From Squalus acanthias (Eukaryota), in NCBI GenBank assembly GCA_030390025.1, contig CM059453.1, positions 7,564,001 through 7,628,000 on the forward strand: a DNA stretch of 64,000 nt, read 5' to 3'. The translations under genes were made by a program, and so were the position numbers. The notes under the pieces are model-generated. The model worked only from the letters and a program-made list of their open reading frames with translations. It did not search any database and was not told where the DNA came from. Of the stretch, positions 23,921 through 35,237 are shown one piece after another (positions within the stretch are counted from its first letter, which is position 1; every line of letters begins with the position of its first letter).

Positions 23921-26779
23921 GAAAGTCTTGCTATTCTTTTTGTTCCGAAATGAAATAAAAGTTCGAACTGGGAAATAGTTATTTTATTATTAAAGCAGAT
24001 AAAAAAGTTTAAATTTACATTGACCATTCTCGCACTCTTGCTGCACCGCTTCCGAAGTATGTTTGGAGTGGACAATCTTTGGGATTGTAAATCAAATCGT
24101 CTCACAAAGAGATTTTAAAATATAAGCTATTACTCTCGGAAATATATCCATTACCACTGCACTTCCTGGAGTGCGAGTTTCTGTTCGAACACATAAAAAA
24201 CAATTGTGTGAAGGTATTGACCAGTTCCATCTGTCAGAATCGGGTGAATGCCGCAGATTTTCATTTGCTTTTAATTGCGGCGTATTCACTGGACTCCTCG
24301 TGCTGGAGATATCGCTCCTGCTTTCGAACGTTTGAAACACTGACAGCTGCATACAGGACCTCTTCACTTTGAGCTGACTGGTTTGATGGAGCCCCTCTCA
24401 CACCAATGTTTCTATACTTGTCTTGTCTCTGTAACAGAAAGTAGTGCGTTAGATGTGGAGCTACTGAACCGGGTGAGACAGCGCTTACTAATCCAGAATA
24501 ACCCGCTTTATTTCATCACTGCCACCATTCTAATTGCCCCATTCAGCTCCTTCTGCCTCGAAAGGGAAACTTGGGCTTCCGCTGGCCCCGAGTACCTGCA
24601 CGCCAAGAGTTATAGCCTGTCCTCAAAACTTAGCCGATTGATTTAGATAGCGCCGCGAACGTTCAGAGGAGCGGCTCTAAACAACATTTGAGAACGACCT
24701 TTAATGTCCCTTTATACATTTAATAGGTTCAAATAACACTTACATTGGACAGAAATCTGTGTGGAGCTGTTTGCGGTGCCCAGGTTATTTTCAGCCACGC
24801 ACCAATACTCCCCCTCATCTTCAGAACTAATGCTGCAAATATCTCCTTTAGTTCACCGGTGGAAGACCTGCTGATCTCTGCACCATCTCGGAGCAATGTT
24901 AAACTGACCGGCGGGTTCCCCATGGCCGTTCAGTATAATAATAATGAACTTCATTCCAATGTTACTATAGAGGAATTGAGGCTTGGTTTCCACAGTGCAG
25001 CTGAAACACCCAAGATCATTGGTGTTGTAGCAAAATGTCGGAGCAGAGGTTTAAAAAACAATCCGGTTGAGAACCAACGAAGAATGTTACTGCAGATATG
25101 GTGGTTATATTGTCAACTGTAAATTGAAAAGCCAGCGTGAGATTGTTGATGTTCCACCGACAAGCTTATTTAGATCTGAAGCATGCTTTATCTCAACCTT
25201 TCATCCTCTTCTCTTCAAAGAGTTGTAGTGACTTCCTGGACGTGGTTCTGCTCCACCGATACGTCAATCAAGCGGCCATTCCTCCCAGAGCAAGAACAGT
25301 GGGCTTTGCCATCCCTTAAATAGAGTTGTTGAGGCCAATTGTATTAACCCGACCACCGCCCCAGCCAACTTGACACAATCCCTCTGATTCAGGTACTCTC
25401 TGGCTGCAACTATATCAGGAATTAGGAGCCTTTGGAATAATATTTGACGTAAACGAAAACCACAGAACGACCAATATTATTCCACGGGTCTGTGGCAATG
25501 TTAAATACTACAAATTACAGTAAATCTCAGATGGACAATTTGATTCATTAATTATAGAAACATAGGCCATTCTACACTTCCAGTCTGTTGCACTAATCAA
25601 TTAGATCATGGTTAATCCGTATCGTAAATCCGTCTACCCGCCTTTGCTTTATTGTAACCCTTAATACACTTAACTAAAATAAAAATCTATCCATCGCAGT
25701 TTAGAAATTTTCAATTTTCCAGACCAGCTGTCACTCCACTGAGAATAAAGACAAGTTTGGATCCTATTTACCAACAGGATGGTATAATGACTGGTACAGC
25801 AGTTACTTACAGTCCAGTGTAAGTGTTTCTTGAACGGTACCCACCACACCATCTAATACAAGTTAATATCCCAGCCTTTTCCCTTTTTGATCCAGTGATG
25901 GGGTGAAATTGAAAGTTGATGCAACCGTCCAGGAACGCGCGAAACTTTTCCACTGTGACTTGAAGTTTTTGTCTCTTGCAGTGTAGGAAGTTTATACTCG
26001 TCCTGAATCCACATCAGTTCAGGTTTGGCGGACGGGCAACTGGTGGTGACTGAGCAGGTCAAATGTGCTGGTTGTCCAGCAAACAGTTCCCCAGAGACTG
26101 ATATCCATGATTTATCTGTAAGGAGAGAAATCAATTCGCGTTCCAGTGGCTTCCAATATAAAAATAAAGTGGAGTGAAGTTCAAGGCGATTCAGCCTGAG
26201 ATAATATCATGAATAGAAATGATTTTTTTTCAATTGTTCTCTGGTGACGGACACGGCCTCGATGGACCGAATGACCTCCTTATGTGCCGTTATGAAACTA
26301 CGGTGCAGGGGAAGGAGCCTATTGTCAGTTATTACTTAACGGTAAAGGAATCAATCGGTTGATATATGTGTTCCTCAACCTAATTATCACCCACTATATA
26401 ACATGTATTATTCATTGCTGGCCTGTTTCTTATAGTTCAGTCACTACTCTATAGCGCATAAGTGTTTCCACTCAAAATTAGTTCTGACAGAAATAGAAAA
26501 CTGTGTCCAAGATTATGCTCCATATCTGCAGTTAGGATAGAATCCAGGATACTCTTAGACTCATAGCTCAGTGTCACGTGAAGCGCTTAAATTACCCGAT
26601 GAGGCACAGGGGCGAATTTAACTCATGCTTATAATTCATTTGACCTCATTTATGTTCGTGATAGGAGCGCTGCAGATGGACTTCATTGAGAAGGAAAGGT
26701 TAACTATCCTCGTTTGTTCCCATTAATAACAGCGGGAGAGTGCAAAGATATCAGAAGAAAGCAAGACCCGGTTCTGTGT

Positions 26780-27020
26780 TCAAGCCCCACTTCAGAGATT
26801 AAAGCGCAAGCTGTAGCCTGACACTATATTGCAGTGCTGATGCAATGCTACAATGCTGGAGATGCCATCTTATGGATGAGACTTGAAACCGATGTCCCGT
26901 CTTCCCTCACAGGTGGATGTAAAAGATCCCAATGTATTATTTCAAATGTCCCGTGTCCTGGTTAACATTTTCCATCAACCAGCACCTAAAACAGATAATC
27001 TGGTCACTATTGCATTGCTG
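26780..27020 (+). mobile_element. Deu-type SINE fragment without expansion (related copies ~7030-7330, ~44860-45190, 63930-64000)
   Basis: ttcaagccccacttcagaga..gatgccatcttatggatgagac..aggtggatgtaaaagatccc. Confidence 0.6.
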
Positions 27021-27239
27021 AGCTATCCCTCCTATCCTTAAATCTTGTCCACTTATTCCCCCTCAGAAGTACAAACCTTAATATTTTTGTCGCGAATCCA
27101 CTAATGATTGAATTTTGACCCGCCAGTCTGTACATCTGAAAACAACATTTTGTGTTTCTCTTTCTATCTGAACATTACAGCGAGCTTTTGTAAGGTCGTA
27201 ATAATGCTAGGGCCGAATATCTGTTCTGGTCAAAACATA

Positions 27240-30200
27240 ACAAGTCAACTGGTCCAGATGGAATGCATCCTAGGCTGCTGAGGAAGCTAGGATGGATATA
27301 GCAGAAGCTCTAACCACAATCTTCAATCCTCCTTGGATATTGGAGTGATACCTGAAGACTAGAGGATTTCAAATGGTACACCACTGTTCAAAAAAGTGGA
27401 GACGGATGAACCTGGGAACTACAGGTCAATCAGTCTAACGTCACTGGTGGGAAAGCTAAATAAGTCCACTGTGAAGGAGAGGATTAATTCTCACTTGGAG
27501 AAGCATGGGTTAATTAGGGACAGCCAAGGCGGTTTTGTTGAAGGCAAATCGTGCCTGACTAATCTTATTGAGTTCTTTGATGAAGTAATCATTGCGGGGA
27601 CGTTTGCTAGTACTGTTGGGAGGCGTTTAAACTATCTTGGCAGGGGGATTGCTAACGGAGTGGAGCAATAGTAGGGGGTGATGCACAGCCAAATATAGAG
27701 GAAAAAACTATTCAGCCGGGAAGGCAGAGCAAATATGTAACGGCACAAGGGAGTATGGCAGGGTTGGATGGCATTCATTTTAATGCAAGGAGTGTTGCGA
27801 GTAAGGCAGATGAATTGAAGGTGTTGATGAACACATGGCAGAATGATATTTTTGCTAACACAGAGACATGGTTGAGGGAGGGGCTGGCCTGGCAGCTCAA
27901 TATTCCGGGGTACGGAATCTTCAGGCGAGACAGAGGGGCTGTAAAAGTGGAGGGGGTGTCGCAGTATTAATCAAGGAGTCAATTACAACTGTAAGGTGGG
28001 ATGATATCTTAGCAGGTTCCTCGAATGAGGCCATATGGGTAGAACTTAAAAACAAAAAGGGGGCAAGCACTTTGCTGGGAGTTTACTATAGGACCCCAAA
28101 GAGTCAGGGGGAGAAAGAGGAACAGATATGCAGGCAAATCTCAGAGAAGTGTAGAAATAATAGGGTAATAATAGCAGGGGATTTCCAATTCCCTAATATT
28201 AACTGGAATATTCAGAGTGTGAAAGGATTAGAAGGTGCGGATATCTTAAAGTGCATCCAGGAGATTTTTTGAGCCACCATGTAGTAAGTCCTACAAGAGA
28301 GGGCGGTACCGGTCATAATTCTAGCTATTGTAGCCGGGCAACTGGCAGATGTGTCAGTGGCAGAGCATTTTGGTGACATTGACCATAATTCGGTGAGATT
28401 TAAGGTATTCATTGAAAAGGACAAATTTGGACAGGAAATTAATGTTCTAAATTGGGGTATCGCCGATTTTAATATGATAAGGCAGGATCTGGCCAAAATG
28501 GTCTGGGATCAGCTACTTGTAGGAAAATCCACATCACAGCAGTGGGAGTCTTTCAGAAAGGAAATAGAGAGAGTACAACGCCAACATGTTCCCGTAAATG
28601 TCAAGGGTGGGAGCAACAAGCCCAGGGAACCCTGGATGTCAAGGAATACAAGAATGGATTCGGAAAAAAGGGAGGCTTTCGGCAGATAGAATGGACTAAA
28701 AACAGTGGAAGCCCGAGAGGAGTACAGAAAGTGAAGGGGGGTACTTCAAAAAGAAATTAGGAGAGCGAGGAGGGGACATGAAAAAAGACTGGCAGGCAAA
28801 ATAAGTGAAAATCCCAAGGTGTTTTATAAGTATATTAAGGGCAAGAGGATAACCAGGGAAAGAGTAGGGCCCATTCGGGACCAAAGTGGCAATATGTGTG
28901 AAGAGCCAGAAGATGTAGGTGAGGTTTTAAATGAATATTTTGCAGCTGTGTTTACTATGGAGAAGGGTGATGTTGGTATAGAAATCAGGCAGAGGGATTC
29001 TGATATACTTGAACAAATTAGTATTGAGAGGGAGGAGGTATTAGCGGTTTTAGCCGGCTTAAAAGTGGATAACTCCCCAGGCCCTGACGGGATGTAGCCC
29101 AGGATGCTGTGTGAGGCAAGGGAGGAGATTGCAGGGGCACTGACACAAATTTTCAGAACATCTCTGGCGACAGGGGAGGTGCCAGATGACTGGAGAACAG
29201 CTAATGTAGTACCAATGTTCAACGAGGGTAGTAGGGATAAACCAGGGAATTACAGGCCAGTGAGCCTAACATCAGTGGTAGGGAAATTATTCGAAAAATT
29301 CTGAGGGACAGAATCATTCTCCACTTGGAGAGGTAGGGATTCATCAGGGATGGTCAGCATGGCTTTGTCAGGGGGAGATCATGTCTGACCAATTTGATTG
29401 AATTTTTCGAGGGGGTGACTAGGAGTGTGGATGCGGGTAGTGCAGTTGATGTAGTTTACATCGACTTCAGTAAGGCTTTTGACGAAGTCCGACATGGGAG
29501 ACCGATCAAGAAGGTAAGAGCCCATGGGATCCAGGGCGATTTTGCACATTGAATCCAAAATTGGCTTAGTGGCAGGAGGCAGAGGGTGATGGTCGAAGTT
29601 TGTTTTTGTGACTGGAAGCCTATGTCCAGTGGTGCACCGCAGGGATCGGTGCTGGTAACTTTGCTGTTTGTAGTGTACATTAATTATTTAGATATGAATG
29701 TAGGAGGTATGATCAGTAAGTCAGCAGATGACTCGAAAATTGGTGGAGTGGTAAATAGCGAGGAGGGAGGCTTGATGTGCATGGACATAGATCCCTGAAG
29801 GCAGCATGACAGGTAGATAAGATCGTTAAAAAAGGCATATGTGATACATGCCTTCATTTGCTGAGGCATAGAATATAAGAGCAGGGAGGTTATCATGGAG
29901 CTGTACAAAACGCTAGTTAGGCCACAGCTGGAATACTGTGTGCAGTTCTGGTCACCACACTATAGGAGGGAAGTGATTGCATTGGAGAGGGTGTAGTGGA
30001 GATTCACCAAGATGTAACCTGGGCTTGAGCGCTTCAGCTATGCAGAGAGACTGGACAGGCTGGGGTTATTTTCCTTAGAGCAGAGAAGGCTGAGGGGGGA
30101 CGTGCTTGAGGTGTACAAAGTTATGAGGGGCACAGATAGGGTAGATAGAAAGGAACTTTTCCCCTTAGTAAAGGGGTCAATAACTAGGGGGCATAGTTTC

Positions 30201-31710
30201 AAGGTAAGGGGCAGGAGGTTTAGACGGGATTTGAGGAAAAACTTTTTCACACAGAGGGTGGTTGGAATCTGGAACTCACTGCCTGAAAGGCTGGTAGAGG
30301 CAGCAACCCTCACAACATTCAAGAAGCATTTAGATGGGCACTTGAAATGCCATAGCATACAAGGCTACGGACAAAGTGCTGGAAAATGGGATTAGAATCG
30401 ACAGGGCTTGATGGCCGGTGCGGACACGATGTGCCGAAGGGCCTCTTTCTGTGCTGAATAACTCTATGACTCAATGACTAACAGAGAGGGCTGATGAAGG
30501 TAGTGCAATAGCTGTTGTATATATGGACGTTCAAATGGCATTGGATGACGTACCTCACAACAGATCTATTCGGAAAATAAAAGCATATTTTATTTACGGG
30601 ACGGTGGCAACGTGAGTACGAAATTGGCTAAAGGATAGGAGGCAGAGTGAAGTGGTGAACGGCTTTTTTTCTGATAGGAGCGAAGTATGCTGTGGGATCC
30701 CCCAGGGGGTCGATCTTAGGACCATTGCTATTCTTGTTCTGTATAAATGACCTGGACTTGGTTATTGGGAGTAACGTTTCGAAGTTTGCGGGTGATACAA
30801 AACTTGGCAACGTATGTAATAGTGAGCATGATTGTAGCAGACATCAGAAGTACATCGACAGACTGGTAAAATGGGCAGGCACATGACAGATGCAATTTAC
30901 TGCGGATAAGTGTGAAATAATGCACTTTGGGTGCAATATATGGAGAGGCAATATAATCTAAATAGTACCATTTTGAGGTCGGCTGCAAGAACAAATGGAC
31001 ATGGGGTGCATATTCACAAAACTTTGAAGATGGCATTGGAAATTAACAAGGCGTTTATTATGAAAGCACATAGGATAATTCGGTTCTTTTTTACATAGCG
31101 GCATTGCATACAAAAACAAGGAAGTCATGTTCAAGTTTTACAAATCGCTGGTTTGGCCTCAGCTGGAGTATTGTGTACAGATCTCGGCACCACACTTGAG
31201 GAAGCAGTTCAAGGTCCTGGAGGAGGTACTGAAGACGTTTGCCAGGCTAATACCAGGGACGAGGGCGTTCAGTTACATGTAGAGATTGGAGAAGCTGGGC
31301 TTGTTCTCCTTATAGCAGATAAGGATAACGGGAGACCTAACAGTGCTATTCAAAATTGATGGGTTATGATAGAATAATTAAGGAGAAACTATTTCCTCTG
31401 GCAAGTGGGTTGGTAAGCAATGGTCTCACATTTAAACCAACTGGCATAAGAACTCGTGGGGAAATGAGGAGAAATGTCTTCACCCAGAGGGTTGATAAGA
31501 TTTAGAATGCACCACCTTTAAGAATGGTGGAATCCGATTCAATGGGTACCTTTAAAAAGCAATTGAAACTGTCCTACAAAAAAGGCTGATTTACAAGGAT
31601 CTGTGGAAAAAGATGGGGAGTGGGACTAAATTTTATAGCTCTTTCAAAGATCCGGCACAGGCGTGGTGGGCCGCATGGCCTCCTTCTGTGCTGTAAGATT
31701 CTAAGATTCT
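27240..31710 (+). mobile_element. Older CR1 (27240-27588 and 30479-31710) interrupted by a younger CR1
   Basis: SCLTNLIEFFDEV continues as TERADEG after 30479; tail gattctaagattctatgattct. Confidence 0.85.
27589..30478 (+). mobile_element. Nested CR1: ORF1 end, degenerate ORF2 (APE endonuclease + RT), 3' tail
   Basis: NARS..TETWL, GVYYR, GDF, DHN, GNYRPVSLTSVVGK, RVVGIWNSLP; tail actctatgactcaatgac. Confidence 0.92.
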
Positions 31711-33528
31711 ATGATTCTTTTCTATGACACACGCATGGGTATTATGCCGTGTACCAGCCCTGCCGGGGAAGCCTGTGACTTGGGCCAAGAGTAACAAGAA
31801 ATCTTTAAACTTTAAGCTCAAGTTAAATGGCACCGAGGAGATGGAAGATAAACTATAAAAGGAACAATTCAAAAAACTTACATAAAATAGAAAGAGTGAC
31901 CTTAGAACCGGAAGAATATCTTTCTGTACTATTCTGGGCGGTGATGATCTTCAATATGAAATAATAATCACCTTGATCGCGCTTGAAGATGTCCTTTAAC
32001 CGTTAGGAACATTGTTTCTTTAGAAATGCGCCGGTGAACTCAGCTCGACCGCTATATTTCAAGTGCACGTTATCTGAATCCCGGGAATCATAGATAATCG
32101 AGACCCCTGAGGTTGCAGAATCAGGACCCCCCTTTAACCACATACCCTGTGGACTGCGGCCAGAGGCAGGATAATCAAATGTACACCGGATCTCTGCACA
32201 TATCCCAGTTCACCGCCGACACCTACCACGGCACCTTCACAGACCATCGTGAACTATGTACAACTGGTGAAAAAATAGAAGTTATACACGCATTGAAATC
32301 CGTAATAATATAGCAATTAAAACATACCCTGACCGTCAAGTTAAATACTATTAATTTAGCATATAAACACCCACTAACAAATTAATTTGTACATCTAATG
32401 AAATTCAAGCAATTTTCTCCAAAACTCTTTAAATTCTGTTAAATATTCCATTGCAAGCCAATATATCATAGCGTAATTATCAAATCAATCCTATATAACA
32501 CAAAATAAAGTTCCGAATAAAATATACATTAAATACCCACTGTCTGAATGCACAAATCATTGACTGAACGTATGCTATGTCTAAAACATTGTTATTTTTT
32601 CTGACATAAATTATTAAAAATGAAAATTTTACCTTCGCTAAATATCAGAATGGAAATAACTCCAATACTCTTCATGACTGGAGGCGGTTGACGATGTCAA
32701 AATGACATAAATTGTCTTTATCTTAGATATAAGTGATGTACTTTCTGTATTCGGTTCGCCGGTAATATATTGGAGTTCGTAATGAATCGAATCACAATAT
32801 TAGGAGGTCAGCTGTTCGCCACCCAACAATCATTGGGAACCGTGGTAGCTCACACAGCTTTCGCCACTCCTCAAATGTTGTTGATCTAAACTGCTGGAAA
32901 TCTGGGACTCCTCAAATATAACAGTTTACATCAGTGTGTGATCCACTGTTGCAGGATATACGAGGCTCACCGACTGCTAAAGAACACTGAGCAGAGATAC
33001 ATCCAGTCCCCTCAACCTCTGCACAGTTGCAGGACAGGCAGTGGCACTTTAGATTGCAATTTTTAAAATAGCTTCTACATCAACTTGAGACGCCTCGACT
33101 CTCAACTCCCACACACTGAGCTATTTATCAGCGCTTGAACTGTGAGTGTTTGAAGTGTGAAGCTGTGGTTAGTCCTGTAGCCGTTGTCTACAGACGTGTG
33201 GGTTGATCACCTTCAGTAGTTCGGGGGCACAACACGTATCTGAAATGTCAAAAGTTCAAGTGTTTCTCAGAAAACAGTTTCAAGAGCGTAAATTGCCATT
33301 TTTAGAATTGACTTCAGCTGTTTATATTAACAGTCCAGCGAGCAGAAATCTGCTGAAATTAACTCATTGAGATCCGAGTTGCTCCAATGACAGGTTTATG
33401 AAGTTTCTGACTTTAGTGTTAGAACTGTGAGGTGTGACTTGAGCTTTTAGATTCGAGTCTCAGCGCTGCTGGAAAGAATGTGGATATTTTTATCTACGGG
33501 AACAAATCCCTGCGATGTGTTTTCACAA

Positions 33529-33795
33529 CCAGGTCTCAGCTTGGCTTTACTGACTAGTTTAGGGTGTGTGTTCAGACCCAGGTCTCAGCTTGGCTTTACT
33601 GACTAGTTTTGGGTGTGTGTTCAGACCCAGGTCTCAGCTTGGCTTTACTGACTAGTTTAGGGATATGTGTTCAGACCCAGGTCTCAGCTTGGCTTTACTG
33701 ACTAGTTTAGGGATGTGTGTTCAGACCCAGGACTCAGCTTGGCTTTACTGACTAATTTAGGGATGTGTGTTCAGACCCAGTTCTCAGTTTGCTTT
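33529..33795 (+). repeat. 49-50 bp minisatellite, 5 full units plus a partial
   Basis: ccaggtctcagcttggctttactgactagtttagggtgtgtgttcagac, near-identical units. Confidence 0.95.
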
Positions 33796-34147
33796 AACAA
33801 TAAGAAAAGCCATAATGTCTGGTCAATCCCAGAGTGGCGGTTGGTGCAATGCACCCTGCTCAATGAAGCTCCACACAAGGCCCAGTTTGCTTTGAGGACG
33901 AAAGCTGAAATGATATGTGGTCAGCATCGGGGCTCAGTTTGGGTTTAACGCTGTATTTGGATGTACTGTGTTTGTGAATGGCGATATGTAAATACAAGGG
34001 CCTGGAGTATCCGCTCGAATGCGGTGCTTTTCGGCGCAATTTTCCTGATATCGGCGTAGTTTTAAAAAGATCGCGCTAGAACATGGCAGCTGGGGGTATT
34101 TTATTTCAGTGAATTAAATAAATCTGGAATTAAAACATACAGGCAAT

Positions 34148-34325
34148 CACCGCATGCTCCCACTCCAGGGACACACGAACGTGGTGGGAGGCAGGCAGTC
34201 AGATCAAATGATCCCCTGGACCGGGTGATGCCTGGACCTGTGATTAGCCACCTTATCCAGGCCCAGAAGCAGACCCACTAGGAGGTCCTCCGAATTCCCC
34301 TCCGCACCGGGTGGCCAATGAGAAA
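34148..34325 (-). mobile_element. Short Tx1/L1-clade LINE ORF2 C-terminal fragment
   Basis: GHPVRRG..SEDLLVGLLLGLDKVANHRSR resembles Tx1-type ORF2 ends (from memory). Confidence 0.45.
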
Positions 34326-35165
34326 AACAGTGTCTCTCGATATTGACCACACTGATCTGTTCGACCGAAACTGTTTCTTCAATCAATTTTATCTGTGTCT
34401 GTTACAGCAATATCTGTATTTACGACAGGAACCTTAAGTCCATTTCACACGTCACAGACCTCATAACTAAATTTCAATAAAAGCACTGCAGCAAATAGAT
34501 TGGAATTTTTCTTAATTTCTGCAATATTTCTGAGCTTGAGTGTGAATGTAAAGAGTTAAATATTTAGAAGAAAGGCTGTTTACCACAGCGTCAAACGGTT
34601 TACTTTCAAACAGCTCCTATCTAAAACGTCACAGATGCATGTTGGAGCGCTCCTTAAAGAAGGTGACGAAACCACACGTCTAAAGACTACAGCAAGCTAA
34701 CTAACTGTAGTGACACCTCTCCAACATTCATCTCGTATTAGCTGCCAGAAAGCTGAATATGTGTGAAATGTGAGTCAGAGCCGTCTGCAAGCGTGGGCGG
34801 TGCCATTCTGACACAGACGCCTATATATCAGCATCATAAGTAACAGTACATTTGGTGCTTTTATGTGTTTGTTCGAGAGAGAGAGAGATGTTGTTTCTGT
34901 ATTAAGTATTATTTTGCAACCGTTAAACATACCATAACATCATATCCTGCAACAAGCGGTCACACACAGCCCATGTACAAGGTGTGCGAGCTGCCTACCT
35001 CACCAACGGAGCTGATTGAGTGAGCACTGCTCCTACACATCTGTAGGAACCGAATCGGAATTCCCCGATAGTCTGATGCTGATTAGCAAAGAAATCCAAG
35101 ATGTGACTGGAAAGAAGAATGCTGAAATCTGAATGGTGTAAATTGTGAATTGGGTTCTTCATTTT

Positions 35166-35175
35166 GGAAGTGAAA
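35166..35175 (+). promoter_or_regulatory. ETS-IRF composite element (EICE) GGAAGTGAAA
   Basis: Exact GGAAnnGAAA ending 20 nt before the gene B ATG; AP-1 TGAGTCA at 34771-34777. Confidence 0.5.
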
Positions 35176-35194
35176 TCGGCAGCAGTTTACAGCC

Positions 35195-35237
35195 ATGAGG
35201 AGTTCCGTGTTGCTGTCGCTCATGATGTTGACAGAAG
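35195..35237 (+). CDS. Gene B leader exon
   Basis: gccATG; MRSSVLLSLMMLTE G|gtac; 43 nt, same length as the minus-strand paralog's leader. Confidence 0.82.

Larger units (their letters stand above)
24261..32675 (-). pseudogene. Siglec-like pseudogene 1 (leader 32675-32633, V 32263-31882, D2 26115-25811, D3 25000-24744, ITIM exon 24428-24261)
   Basis: Leader MKSIGVISILIFSEG; V exon RWSVKVPW*..CAEIRCTFDYP..RAEFTG..QCS*..DQGDYYF with stops and a frameshift; D2 and D3 with stops and frameshifts; terminal exon VLYAAV..SEYAAIKSK*. No D4, TM or first cytoplasmic exon seen. Confidence 0.9.

Noticed and set aside
24261-32675. Activating partner of a paired-receptor system
   Set aside because: The minus gene has an ITIM exon and no TM exon; neither visible TM has a charged residue.
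33529-33795. CRISPR-like regular repeats (also 23205-23635, 57405-57670)
   Set aside because: Head-to-tail units with no unique spacers, in a spliced vertebrate locus.
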